In this document: one piece after another, positions 8,959 through 18,886 of the stretch
Numbering within the stretch: position 1 is the stretch's first letter
How the letters are laid out: the number at the start of each line of letters is the position of its first letter
Origin: an uncultured Solirubrobacterales bacterium
Lineage (GTDB): Bacteria > Actinomycetota > Thermoleophilia > Solirubrobacterales > Solirubrobacteraceae
Length of the DNA: 64,000 nt
NCBI GenBank assembly: GCA_963817845.1
Contig: CAWFPU010000006.1
Coordinates: 52,934 to 116,933 of the forward strand
Reading direction: 5' to 3'
Position numbers and translations under genes: made by a program
Notes under the pieces: model-generated
Databases searched by the model: none
Told to the model about the DNA's origin: nothing
The model's input: only the letters and a program-made list of their open reading frames with translations

Positions 8959-9646
8959 GCTCGGCTGCCGCCAGCAGGCCGTGTGGCTCGATGCGAGCGC
9001 GCGTCCCGCTTTCGTCGAAGGAATCCGACACCGCAAGGACGCTGGCGACGGGCACGTCGGACGCGGCACCGAGCGCAAACAGCGTTGCGGACTCCAGCTC
9101 GAGCGCGAGCGCGTCGCCTGTGTCGGGGCGGCGCCCCGCGTCATAGAAGAGATCGACGCTCGCCACCGCGCCCGCGCACGCGCCCTTCGCGTGTCGCAAC
9201 AAGGCCTCGGTGAGCTCTGCGTCAGCCGGTATGCGCTCGCCTGCGCCGAGCGCGCGCGAAGCGCCGTCAAGGCAGATCGACTCGCGCGCCACCACGATCT
9301 CGCCGAGCGCCAGTCCGGCGGTCAGGCCGGCACAGGTGCCGACGCGGATCGCCCGCCGGGCGCCGAGCGATACCAGCTCCGAAAGCACGATCGCAGCCGA
9401 CGGACCGCCGATGCCCGTGCTCTGGATCGTCAGCGGCGCGCCGTCGGCCCGAGCCACCCCGGTGTATCCCCACAGGCCGCGATGGTGGTTGAACATCTTC
9501 GGCTCCGTCATCAGCGTCTGAGCGAGCGCGAGCGCGCGGCCGGGGTCGTCCGGCAGCAGCACGCGCTCGGCCAGCGCGGCGGTGGGGTGGAGGTGGATAC
9601 GCGCACTCGGCGTGCCGGGTGCACCTTGCGGCTCGGGCTGCGACAC
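8921..9646 (-). CDS. nucleoside phosphorylase (PNP/UDP family, DeoD/Udp-like)
   Basis: QSTGIGGPSAAIVLSELVSLGARRAIRVGTCAG and ELESATLFALG are family motifs. GTG 9646 is the only plausible start downstream of the divergent 9672 gene. Confidence 0.8.
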   Translation of the reverse strand: MSQPEPQGAPGTPSARIHLHPTAALAERVLLPDDPGRALALAQTLMTEPKMFNHHRGLWGYTGVARADGAPLTIQSTGIGGPSAAIVLSELVSLGARRAIRVGTCAGLTAGLALGEIVVARESICLDGASRALGAGERIPADAELTEALLRHAKGACAGAVASVDLFYDAGRRPDTGDALALELESATLFALGAASDVPVASVLAVSDSFDESGTRARIEPHGLLAAAERMGAAAVAALAV

Positions 9647-9671
9647 GGCGGCGACTTTAGACTGCGAGCGG

Positions 9672-10877
9672 ATGAGCGCGTCTGGAGCCAGCGGCCTGAC
9701 ACTGACGCAGGTCGCCGCGCGCGCGGGGGTGAGCCCGGGCACGGTTCGCCGATGGGTCAAGGAGGGGCTCGTTCCGCGGTACGACGGAACCTGGACGCCT
9801 GCTGCGGCCTCGCACGTGCGGATCGTGGCGCGGCTGCGCGAGCGCGGGCATTCGATCGAGCGCATCCGCGAGGCCAGCCAGAGCGGCAAGCTCGCGTTCG
9901 GATATGTGGACGAACTGCTTCCGAGCACCGAGGCCAGATACACGCTGAAGGAGGCCTCCAAGGAGATCGGGCTCAGCACCGCGGTGATCGAGCGCATGAC
10001 CGCCGCGATGGGCCTGAACGCGATCACCAAAGGGGAGATCTCCGATGCCGACCTGCAGGTGATGCGCTACGGCGCCGAGGTGCTCGCGGCGGGCTTTCCG
10101 CTGCCGGCGCTGCTGCAGCTGGTGCGGGTCTACGGGCAGGCGATGGCGCAGGTCGCCGACGCCGAGGTGCGGCTGTTCCATCTGTACCTGCACGAGCCGC
10201 TGATGCGCGACGGCGCGTCCGGCGTCGAGGTCGCCGGTGCGATGGAGGGGATGACCCGCGAGATGCTGCCCTTCGCGGTCCCGTTCATCAACTACCTGCA
10301 CTGGCGGCTGCTCGGCTACTTCGTGGAGCAGGACGTGATCGGCCACATCGAGTCCGACCTCGATGACGAGGAAGCGGGGGATGCCGGGCGCATGCGCGTC
10401 GCGATCGTGTTCGCGGACCTCGCCGGGTACACGAAGCTGACCGAGGAGGCCGGCGAGGCGCAGGCCGTCGATGCGGTCGAGCAGTTCGTAGACCGCGTCG
10501 AACACACGCTCCCGATCGAGGCGCGCGTGATCAAGACGCTGGGCGATGAGGTCATGATCGTCGGCGCCGACGCGACTGCCCTCACCAGCTGGGCGGTCGG
10601 CCTGGGCAAAGACCTGCCCGAGGGCCTGCCCGCGCCGCGGATCGGGATTCACAGCGGCACCGCGATCTACCGCGACGGCGACTACTACGGCCGCGAGGTC
10701 AACCGCGCCGCGCGCGTCGTCGCCCGCGCCGGCGGCGGTGAGGTGCTCGTCACGCGGCCAGTAGTCGACAGCGCCAATCGCCAGGACGGCCTCGGGTTCG
10801 ACCTGATCGGCGAGGTCGTCCTGAAGGGGTTCAACGAGACCACCGAGCTGTTCCTGGCGCACGCGCGGGGGGAGTGA
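9672..10877 (+). CDS. MerR-type HTH fused to a class III adenylate/guanylate cyclase domain
   Basis: N-terminus LTLTQVAARAGVSPGTVRRWVKEGLVP (MerR HTH). C-terminus RVAIVFADLAGYTKLTE..IKTLGDEVMIVG..PRIGIHSGTAIYRDGDYYGREVNRAARV (cyclase homology domain). ATG 9672. Confidence 0.8.
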   Translation: MSASGASGLTLTQVAARAGVSPGTVRRWVKEGLVPRYDGTWTPAAASHVRIVARLRERGHSIERIREASQSGKLAFGYVDELLPSTEARYTLKEASKEIGLSTAVIERMTAAMGLNAITKGEISDADLQVMRYGAEVLAAGFPLPALLQLVRVYGQAMAQVADAEVRLFHLYLHEPLMRDGASGVEVAGAMEGMTREMLPFAVPFINYLHWRLLGYFVEQDVIGHIESDLDDEEAGDAGRMRVAIVFADLAGYTKLTEEAGEAQAVDAVEQFVDRVEHTLPIEARVIKTLGDEVMIVGADATALTSWAVGLGKDLPEGLPAPRIGIHSGTAIYRDGDYYGREVNRAARVVARAGGGEVLVTRPVVDSANRQDGLGFDLIGEVVLKGFNETTELFLAHARGE

Positions 10878-10878
10878 T

Positions 10879-11859
10879 GTGGCGGTGGAGCCCGGCGAGC
10901 TGCAGCAGCGGGTGCGCGCCGAGGGACTGCTCGCCGGCCACGAGCCGGTCGTGGCGATGGTCTCGGGCGGACGCGACTCCGTGTGCCTGCTTGACGTCGC
11001 GGCCGCCGTCTGCGGCGCCGCGCGGGTGCACGCGCTGCACGTCAACTACGGGCTGCGCGGACAGGACTCCGATGCGGATCAGCGTCACACCGCGGAGCTG
11101 TGCGCCGGGCTCGGGGTCCCGCTCGAGCTCGTGCGGGTCAGCGCGCGCGCGCGCGCGCCTGCGCTAACGGGCGGCAACCTTCAGGCGTGGGCCCGCGACC
11201 TGCGCTATGAGGCGGCCAGAGGGCTCGCGCAAAAGCTCGATGGCCCCGCCGGCCCGACGCTGATCGCCACCGGACACACCGCCAGCGATCAGCTCGAGAC
11301 GATCCTGTATCGCTTGGCGGCCTCCCCGGGCCGGCGAGCGCTGCTGGGGATGGCGCCGAAGGATGACAGGATCGTGCGGCCGCTGCTGGGGGTCACGCGC
11401 GAGCAGACCGCGGAGTACTGCCGCGCCCGCGAGCTGCCCTGGCGCGAAGATCGCAGCAACGACGACGAGCGCTACGCGCGCGCGCGGGTTCGCCGCCGAG
11501 TCGTGCCCGCCCTGCTGTCGGTGCATCCTGCCGCCCGGGACAGCGTGCTGCGCACCGCCGAGCAGCTGCGCGAGGAGTCGGCGCTGCTCTGCGAGCTGGT
11601 CGAGCGCGAGCTCGGAGGTGGCGATGTCATCGCCACCGAGCGCCTCGCCGAGCTGCACCCCGCGCTGGCGCGGCTCGTGGTCGTGCGCTTGGCCGAGCGC
11701 GCCGCCGGCACGCACGTGGCGCAGGCGGGCGCTCGGGTGCCCGAGATCCTGGCGCTGGCCGCCCGCGGTGGCCGCGCCGAGCTGCACGTCGGCGGCAACG
11801 TCAGCGCGACGATCGCCGACGGCCAGCTGAGTATGGTCAAGCTCCCGCAGCGACGGTGA
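10879..11859 (+). CDS. tilS: tRNA(Ile)-lysidine synthase
   Basis: PP-loop VAMVSGGRDSVCLL, TGHTASDQLETILYRL, and the conserved position upstream of hpt-ftsH. GTG start. Confidence 0.85.
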   Translation: MAVEPGELQQRVRAEGLLAGHEPVVAMVSGGRDSVCLLDVAAAVCGAARVHALHVNYGLRGQDSDADQRHTAELCAGLGVPLELVRVSARARAPALTGGNLQAWARDLRYEAARGLAQKLDGPAGPTLIATGHTASDQLETILYRLAASPGRRALLGMAPKDDRIVRPLLGVTREQTAEYCRARELPWREDRSNDDERYARARVRRRVVPALLSVHPAARDSVLRTAEQLREESALLCELVERELGGGDVIATERLAELHPALARLVVVRLAERAAGTHVAQAGARVPEILALAARGGRAELHVGGNVSATIADGQLSMVKLPQRR

Positions 11860-11953
11860 CGTCGATCGGCTCGCGTCGGGCGCTGAGGACCGTCACGCCC
11901 CTGCCACGACCGACGACGGTCAGGCTCCCGCCGCGACGACTACACTCCGCCAC

Positions 11954-12502
11954 GTGGCGAGCACCACGAGCGACCAAGTCACCGACGCGATCGGCGAGGT
12001 GCTGGTCAGCGCCGAGGCGCTGCAGCGACGCGTGCGCGAGCTGGGCGAAGAGATCTCGCGCGACTATGCCGGCAGGCCGCTGCTGCTGATCGGCGTGCTG
12101 AAGGGCGCCGTGTTCTTCCTGAGCGACCTGATGCGGTTCATCGACATCCCCGTCGAGGTCAACTTCATGGCGGTCGCGTCATACGGCTCGGCCACGGACT
12201 CCTCAGGCGTAGTGCGCATCCTCAAGGACCTGGACGCGGCGATCGAGGACCGCGACGTGGTGATCGTCGAGGACATCGTCAACTCGGGCCTCACCCTGCA
12301 ATATCTGTTGCGCAACCTCGGCTCACGCAATCCCAGGACGCTCGAGGTATGCGCGCTGTTGACGAAGCCCGAGCGTCGCAAGGTCGCGCTGCAGGCGAAG
12401 TACGTCGGGTTCGAGATCCCGAACACCTTTGTGGTGGGCTACGGCCTCGACTACGCCGAGCGCCATCGCAACCTGCCGTTCGTCGCCGCGCTCGAGCGCT
12501 GA
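11954..12502 (+). CDS. hpt: hypoxanthine-guanine phosphoribosyltransferase
   Basis: LLIGVLKGAVFFLSDL, VVIVEDIVNSGLTL (PRPP-binding) and FVVGYGLDY. Confidence 0.92.
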   Translation: MASTTSDQVTDAIGEVLVSAEALQRRVRELGEEISRDYAGRPLLLIGVLKGAVFFLSDLMRFIDIPVEVNFMAVASYGSATDSSGVVRILKDLDAAIEDRDVVIVEDIVNSGLTLQYLLRNLGSRNPRTLEVCALLTKPERRKVALQAKYVGFEIPNTFVVGYGLDYAERHRNLPFVAALER

Positions 12503-12663
12503 GCCGCGCCGGCACCCCCCAAAAAGCCGACTGCAGAGCCCTAGAAGCCGCCTGCGTGAGACGCGCGAACGGCCCGCAACTGCTGGGAACTCCGATCCCG
12601 CGTGGTACGCTTGGTGACTGGCGGCAGTGACCGAAACCGGCGCCAAGATCCAGTGATATCGCC

Positions 12664-14646
12664 ATGAGCCGTTCCTTCAAGAGCGCCGCGTTCCCAATCC
12701 TGATCGTGCTGGTGCTGGCCTTTCTGGCCGTGAAACTGGTCAGCCCGAGCTCCAACGACGCGCGCCCGCACAGCTACCACACGCTCGTCTCCAAGGAAAT
12801 CCCGAACGGGGAAGTCAAGTCGGTCGAGTTCAAGAACAAGGGCAAGGCGCTCGAAGTTCAGCTGAACTCCAAAGGGAACAACGAAAAGTATGAAATCGGC
12901 TTCGTCGAACAGGCCGCGCCTGAGCTGATCGCTCAGCTCGAAAAGGAGGGCGTCAGCTTCAACATCGAATCGGAAAAGAGCAGCGTCCTGCTCTCGCTGC
13001 TCACCTACATCCTGCCGTTCATCATCTTCCTCGGGTTCTGGATCTTCCTGATGAACCAGGTCCAAGGCGGCGGCACGAAAGTCATGTCGTTCGGCAAGTC
13101 CCGGGCCAAGCGGCTGTCGGCGGACTCGCCGAAGATCACCTTCCGCGACGTCGCCGGCGTCAACGAGGCTGTCGAGGAGCTGCACGAGATCAAGGAGTTC
13201 CTCGAGAACCCGAAGAAGTTCCAGGCGCTCGGCGCGCGCATCCCCACCGGGGTGCTGCTGTACGGGCCGCCGGGCACCGGCAAGACGCTGCTGGCCCGAG
13301 CGGTGGCGGGCGAGGCGGGCGTGCCGTTCTTCTCGATCTCAGGCTCGGACTTCGTCGAGATGTTCGTCGGGGTCGGCGCCTCACGCGTGCGCGACCTGTT
13401 CGAGCAGGCCAAGCAGAACAGCCCGTGCATCATCTTCATGGACGAGATAGACGCGGTTGGACGTCACCGCGGCGCCGGGCTCGGAGGCGGACACGACGAG
13501 CGCGAGCAGACGCTCAATCAGCTGCTCGTCGAGATGGACGGGTTCGAGGCGAAGGACAACATCATCATGATCGCTGCCACCAACCGTCCCGACATCCTCG
13601 ACCCCGCGCTGCTGCGCCCCGGGCGCTTCGATCGCCAGATCGCGGTCAACCGCCCCGACCGCAAGGGCCGGGCCAAAATCCTCGAGGTGCACACGCGCGG
13701 CAAGCCGCTCGCCAAGGAGATCGACATCGACGCGCTTGCGGGCCAGACGCCGGGATTCACCGGCGCGGACCTGTCGAACCTGATCAACGAGGCCGCCCTG
13801 CTCGCGGCGCGCACCGGCAAGCGCGAGATAAACCAGGACGAGCTCGAGGAGGGGATCATGCGCGTGATCGCCGGCCCCGAGAAGAAGACGCGCGTGATGA
13901 GCGAGAAGGAGCGGCTGATCACCGCCTATCACGAGATGGGCCACGCGCTCGTCGGCCACTTCCTCGAGCACGCCGATCCGGTGCACAAGATCTCGGTCAT
14001 CTCGCGCGGCCAGGCGCTGGGCTACACGATCTCGATGCCTCAGGAGGACCGCTTCCTTACCACCCGCGCCGAGCTGAACGACACGATGGCGATGACGCTC
14101 GGTGGACGGGCCGCCGAGGAGATCGTCTTCGGCGAGATCACCACCGGCGCATCCAACGACCTGGAGAAGGTCACGCAGACCGCCAAGCAGATGGTGATGC
14201 GCTTCGGCATGAGCGAGAAGCTCGGGCCGCGCGTGTTCGGCCACGATCACGGGCAGCCGTTCCTCGGACGCGAGTTTTCGACCGAGCCCGACTACTCCAA
14301 CGAGATCGCGCGCGAGATCGACGACGAGGTCAGGCGGATCGTCGAAGGAGCCCACCAGCGCGCACGCGAAATCCTCACCTCGCACCAGCACGACCTCGAG
14401 AAGATCTCGGAGATCCTGGTCAAGCGCGAGACGATCGAGAAGGAGGAGTTCCGCGCTCTGCTGGACGGCAAGAGCGAGCAGGAGGTCTTCGGAGAGGAGG
14501 AGTCGGACAGGTCCGAGCTCCCCGCGCCGCCCGCCCCCGCCGACCGTCCTGAGCGTGAAACGCCACGCGCGATCCCGCGCCCGGGGCTCGCCGGCGGCAC
14601 GGCGGAGATCAGAGCCGCCGACCGCGAGCGTCCAGATCTGAGCTGA
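12664..14646 (+). CDS. ftsH: ATP-dependent zinc metalloprotease FtsH
   Basis: Two N-terminal TM segments, Walker [42 protein letters not shown], zinc site HEMGHAL. Confidence 0.97.
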   Translation: MSRSFKSAAFPILIVLVLAFLAVKLVSPSSNDARPHSYHTLVSKEIPNGEVKSVEFKNKGKALEVQLNSKGNNEKYEIGFVEQAAPELIAQLEKEGVSFNIESEKSSVLLSLLTYILPFIIFLGFWIFLMNQVQGGGTKVMSFGKSRAKRLSADSPKITFRDVAGVNEAVEELHEIKEFLENPKKFQALGARIPTGVLLYGPPGTGKTLLARAVAGEAGVPFFSISGSDFVEMFVGVGASRVRDLFEQAKQNSPCIIFMDEIDAVGRHRGAGLGGGHDEREQTLNQLLVEMDGFEAKDNIIMIAATNRPDILDPALLRPGRFDRQIAVNRPDRKGRAKILEVHTRGKPLAKEIDIDALAGQTPGFTGADLSNLINEAALLAARTGKREINQDELEEGIMRVIAGPEKKTRVMSEKERLITAYHEMGHALVGHFLEHADPVHKISVISRGQALGYTISMPQEDRFLTTRAELNDTMAMTLGGRAAEEIVFGEITTGASNDLEKVTQTAKQMVMRFGMSEKLGPRVFGHDHGQPFLGREFSTEPDYSNEIAREIDDEVRRIVEGAHQRAREILTSHQHDLEKISEILVKRETIEKEEFRALLDGKSEQEVFGEEESDRSELPAPPAPADRPERETPRAIPRPGLAGGTAEIRAADRERPDLS

Positions 14647-14847
14647 TCACGCCCGCCGGCTCACGCCGAGGCGGTCGACGACAGAGCAGCGCAGCCGAAT
14701 TTCTCCGCAAACCGGACGAGGCCTCCTGACGCGGGCGAGCCCATCGCCAACGAGGCCATGCCAGACGCGGCCCACGTCGGCTATCTGTCCGCTGGCCTTG
14801 ATGTCCGCATAGCGTGTGGCCATCGTCATGTCGATGCCCGCATCGTC

Positions 14848-16842
14848 ATGGCGATGACTCGGTACTCGATCCGAATCACCCGTACAGCCGCAATGTGCTG
14901 CGCCGCCGTGCTGGCCGTGAGCCTGCTGCTGGTCGCCTTGCGCACCTCCGCCGCGCGGGCGCAGGGGGGTGTGGCGATGGTGACCGGATACAACGGCTAC
15001 GACGAGCTCGGGGACGGCGGCGCGACCGGTGGCGGCGGTCGCTTCTGGCCCGAGCTCGTTCCCGGACTGTCGAACGTCGTGTCTGCGTCGACCAGCTACT
15101 ACGACACGCTCGCGCTGCTGTCGAACGGCACTGTCGAGGGCTGGGGGTACAACGGCTTCGGTGAACTGGGGGATGGGACCACCGAAGAGCAGTCAACGCC
15201 TGTGCAAATCCCGGGGCTGTCGGAAGTGACGGAGATCGCCGGCGGCTTCCACCACGGTCTCGCGCTCCTGTTGACTGGCACAGTCGAGGCGTGGGGCGAA
15301 AACGAACACGGCCAACTCGGCGACGGGGCCACCGAAGAACGGCCGACGCTGACGCCCACGCCCGTTCCGGATCTGTCGAACGCGGTGGCGATCTCGGCCG
15401 GCTGCTTCGACAGCTTCGCGCTGCTCGCTAACGGCACGGTCGAGGCGTGGGGCGCAAACGGAAACGGCCAGCTCGGCGGCGGCCCCACCAACAAGCCGCA
15501 CAAGCTCCCCGAGCAGATTCCGGGTCTGGAAAACGTCGTGGCGATCTCCGCGGGCTGTGAATACACAATCGCGTTACTCGCCGACGGCACGGTCGAGGCG
15601 TGGGGCTGTAACCGCTACCACGAACGCGGTGACGGCGAACTTGGTGGTAAATGCACCGCCGAACAACTGACGCCTGCGCCGATCCCGGGCCTGTCGAACG
15701 TCGTCGCGATTTCCACCGGCGCCGACTTCGGCCTCGCGCTGCTCGACAACGGCACGGTCGAGGGGTGGGGTTACGACGAACACGGCGAACTCGGCGACGG
15801 GGGCCCCAAAGAACAGTTTGCGCCGGAGCCGATTCCGGATCTCTCAGAAGTCGTCGCGATCTCCGCCGGAGCGGACTTCGGCCTCGCGCTGCTCGACAAC
15901 GGCACGGTCGAGGGTTGGGGCAACAACCTCTACGGCGAACTCGGTGACCTGACCTCCTCCGAACGACTCTTCAGCGAAGAACTTGCATTCCCGAACGTCG
16001 CCATCGGCCTCGCTCACGGCGTCCTGAGCTACGACACGCTCGTGATCGAGGGTGCCCGCGCGAGCGTCTCGAGCACGGCCCTGGCTTTCGGCACCGAGGT
16101 GGTTGACGCCCAGAGCCCGACGCAGACGCTGGTCGTCACCAACGCCGGCCCCGCGCCGCTGACGATCTCCGGCGACTCGCTCAGCGGACCCGGGGCGAGC
16201 GCCTTCGCCGAGCTCTCCGACGCCTGTCAGGGCGCGACACTCCCGCCCGCGGGCGCATGCGCGATCGAATATGCCTTCGCTCCGAGCGCCGTCGGTGGAG
16301 CGAGCGCGACCGTCGCGATCTCGTCGTCGGCAACGCCGGCGCTGCGCTCCGTCGCTCTGACGGGTAGCGGCACATCCATCGGCGCCGGTCTTGCGCGCGG
16401 CGCGGCAGACGGCGCGCCGTCCCTAAGCAGGCTGGTGCTGTCCAGCAGCAGATTCCGCGCCGCCCACGACGGCGCCAGCGTTCTGCCGGCGACCAACTCG
16501 CGAGGCACGCTGGTGTCCTACAGCGACAGCCAGGCCGCGATCACGACCTTCGCGGTACAGCGTGAGCTGAGCGGAGTCCGGGTGCGAACCGGCAAGTCCA
16601 AGAGCTGCGCCAGCTCGCGGCGCCGGCGCCGGCCGCGAGGGCGACGGCTCGAGAGCTGTCTCTACTTCCGGACGCTCGGCAGCTTCACGCATGCCGACGC
16701 GCGCGGTGCCAACCGGCTGCGCTTCAGCGGGCGCATCGCGGGCATCGCGCTGAGTCCCGGCAGATACCGGCTCATCGCCACCGCGCGCTCGAGCGCCGGC
16801 GCCAGCGCCGCGCGGAGCGTCGCGTTCACGATCAAGCGCTGA
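14848..16842 (+). CDS. secreted RCC1-repeat (7-bladed propeller) protein with choice-of-anchor-D-like and C-terminal beta domains
   Basis: Signal peptide MAMTRYS..LVALRTSAARAQ. Seven repeats of G[YEAN]N..G[EQ]LGDG...P. This is followed by LAFGTEVVDAQSPTQTLVVTNAGPAPLTISG. The start is trimmed to ATG 14848. Confidence 0.8.
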   Translation: MAMTRYSIRITRTAAMCCAAVLAVSLLLVALRTSAARAQGGVAMVTGYNGYDELGDGGATGGGGRFWPELVPGLSNVVSASTSYYDTLALLSNGTVEGWGYNGFGELGDGTTEEQSTPVQIPGLSEVTEIAGGFHHGLALLLTGTVEAWGENEHGQLGDGATEERPTLTPTPVPDLSNAVAISAGCFDSFALLANGTVEAWGANGNGQLGGGPTNKPHKLPEQIPGLENVVAISAGCEYTIALLADGTVEAWGCNRYHERGDGELGGKCTAEQLTPAPIPGLSNVVAISTGADFGLALLDNGTVEGWGYDEHGELGDGGPKEQFAPEPIPDLSEVVAISAGADFGLALLDNGTVEGWGNNLYGELGDLTSSERLFSEELAFPNVAIGLAHGVLSYDTLVIEGARASVSSTALAFGTEVVDAQSPTQTLVVTNAGPAPLTISGDSLSGPGASAFAELSDACQGATLPPAGACAIEYAFAPSAVGGASATVAISSSATPALRSVALTGSGTSIGAGLARGAADGAPSLSRLVLSSSRFRAAHDGASVLPATNSRGTLVSYSDSQAAITTFAVQRELSGVRVRTGKSKSCASSRRRRRPRGRRLESCLYFRTLGSFTHADARGANRLRFSGRIAGIALSPGRYRLIATARSSAGASAARSVAFTIKR

Positions 16843-16983
16843 CGGCGCTCAAAGACCAAGGCAGTCCAGGGGTGTCTGCCCGGCGGCCGCACCACGCGGC
16901 GGGCAGCTGGGCCGCGCTTGGCCGGACAGCGCATTGGGGCCGGCCGTACGGACAGCGCACTGGGCCGGCAGTAGGTTGCAGGC

Positions 16984-17817
16984 ATGAGCATGCCCTTTCA
17001 GATCATGGGGATTGTGAACGTTACGCCCGACTCGTTCTCGGACGGAGGCCTCTACCTGGATCCCGACGCGGCGATCGCGCAAGCGCGCCGACTGACCGAT
17101 GAGGCAGCCGACATCCTCGACGTCGGCGGTGAGTCCACGCGCCCGGGCGCCGAGCCCGTCGCTGTCGACGAGGAGCTTCGCCGCATCGTGCCCATCTTCG
17201 ACGGGATCGCCGGCATATCGGCCCAGCTCTCGATCGACACCTCGAAGGCGCCGGTCGCCCGCGCGGCGATCGAACACGGAGCGAGCATCGTCAATGACGT
17301 CAGCGCCCTGCGCGCCGACCCGGCGATGGTCGGCCTCGTGGCCGAGAGCGAAGTGTCCTGCTGTTTGATGCACATGCTCGGCGAGCCCCGCACGATGCAG
17401 CGCGACCCCCGTTATGGCGACGTTGTGGACGACGTCAAGGCCTTCCTGGAAGAGCGCCTGCGCTTCGCGGTGCGCGAGGGCGTGCCCGAGGAGCGCATCA
17501 TGCTCGATCCCGGCATCGGCTTCGGCAAGACCGTTGCCCACAACCTCGCCCTGCTACGCCGCCTCGACGAGCTCGCAGCGCTTGGGCGCCCGCTGGTCGT
17601 GGGCACCTCCCGCAAGAGCTTCCTCGCGCGCATCCTCGCCGACGATGCCGGCGAGCGCCTGCCCGGGACGATCGCCACCAACGTGCTCGCGTTCGAGCGC
17701 GGAGCGAGCATCTTCAGGGTCCACGACGTCGCGCCTGTTCGAGCAGCGCTGGCGACGGCTGCTGCTACGTTGAACGCGCGATGGACCCCGAGCGCGGCGA
17801 GGAGCACGACGAGCTAG
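16984..17817 (+). CDS. folP: dihydropteroate synthase
   Basis: IMGIVNVTPDSFSDGG, ILDVGGESTRPGA and DPGIGFGKT. Confidence 0.95.
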   Translation: MSMPFQIMGIVNVTPDSFSDGGLYLDPDAAIAQARRLTDEAADILDVGGESTRPGAEPVAVDEELRRIVPIFDGIAGISAQLSIDTSKAPVARAAIEHGASIVNDVSALRADPAMVGLVAESEVSCCLMHMLGEPRTMQRDPRYGDVVDDVKAFLEERLRFAVREGVPEERIMLDPGIGFGKTVAHNLALLRRLDELAALGRPLVVGTSRKSFLARILADDAGERLPGTIATNVLAFERGASIFRVHDVAPVRAALATAAATLNARWTPSAARSTTS

Positions 17818-18338
17818 AGGACGACCTCGGCGGGTCGGGTCACGGCGGGCTCAACGGTGAGACCGACGCCACCCGCGACGGAGACGGGCGCGCGCCCGCT
17901 CCGCGCGACGGCCCCGACGATCCCTACGAGCGCGACGACGACGAGCTGCCGGACGAGCGCGAGGAGACGGGGGAGTCGGTCACGATCGAGATCTCCGGCC
18001 TGTCGCTCTACACGCACCATGGCGCCAGTGCCGCCGAGCGCGAGGTCGGCCAGCGGCTCGTGCTCGACCTGCGCCTCGAGCTCGGCGAGATCGACGCAAC
18101 GGTTACCGACTCGATCGCCGACACCGTCGACTACGGCGAGGTCTGCCAGCTGGTCGCGCTGATCGCTCAACAGCGCTCGCACCGGACGCTCGAGCGCCTG
18201 TGCGGCACGATTGCCGATCGCCTGATCGGCGACTACGAGCTCGAGGCGGTGTGGGTCAAGGCGACCAAGCCCGAGCCGCCGATTCCGCTGCCCGTCGACG
18301 AGGTCTCCGTTGAGGTCTGGCGAGAGGCCGCAGAATAG
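17781..18338 (+). CDS. folB: dihydroneopterin aldolase with about 65-aa acidic N-terminal extension
   Basis: C-terminal 120 aa: YTHHGASAAEREVGQRLVLDLRL..DTVDYGEVC..LERLCGTIADRL. The listed start overlaps folP by 37 nt, and a later internal start cannot be excluded. Confidence 0.8.
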   Translation: MDPERGEEHDELEDDLGGSGHGGLNGETDATRDGDGRAPAPRDGPDDPYERDDDELPDEREETGESVTIEISGLSLYTHHGASAAEREVGQRLVLDLRLELGEIDATVTDSIADTVDYGEVCQLVALIAQQRSHRTLERLCGTIADRLIGDYELEAVWVKATKPEPPIPLPVDEVSVEVWREAAE

Positions 18339-18365
18339 CGCGCGTGGCCGAGGCGTCTGGCTGAC

Positions 18366-18875
18366 GTGGTCGGCCGCACCGGCCTGCTCGGGCTCGGCTC
18401 GAACGTCGGCGATCGTCGTGCGCAGCTGCAATCGGCGGTCGTGGCACTGCCCAATGTCGGAGTCACGGTGCTCGCGAGCTCCTCGACCTACGACACCGAT
18501 CCGGTCGGGATCGTCCCAGACCAGCCGAGCTTCCTCAATGCCTGCATCCGCGTACGGACCGTCCGCGAGCCGCTGGCGCTGCTCGACAGCCTCAAGGATC
18601 TGGAGCGCGAGCTGGGCCGCGAGGCGGCCGGCGTGCGCCACGGCCCGCGCGCCATCGACATCGACGTGCTGCTGCTAGGCGATCAGGAGCTCGAGCACCC
18701 TCGCATGCGGCTTCCACACGAGCAGCTGCTCACGCGACGCTTCGTGCTGGTGCCGGCGCTAGAGCTCGACTTCGAGCTGCGCACCCCGAATGGAGCTGCG
18801 CTCGCGGACGCGCTCGCCGCGCTGCCGCTGCAGGAGGGCGTGCGCTGGGCCGGACCGCCGCTCGACCTGCCGTAG
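18366..18875 (+). CDS. folK: 2-amino-4-hydroxy-6-hydroxymethyldihydropteridine pyrophosphokinase
   Basis: LGLGSNVGDR, QPSFLNAC, GPRAIDIDVLL and RRFVLVPALEL. Confidence 0.9.
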   Translation: MVGRTGLLGLGSNVGDRRAQLQSAVVALPNVGVTVLASSSTYDTDPVGIVPDQPSFLNACIRVRTVREPLALLDSLKDLERELGREAAGVRHGPRAIDIDVLLLGDQELEHPRMRLPHEQLLTRRFVLVPALELDFELRTPNGAALADALAALPLQEGVRWAGPPLDLP

Positions 18876-18886
18876 GTGGCCGCAGC

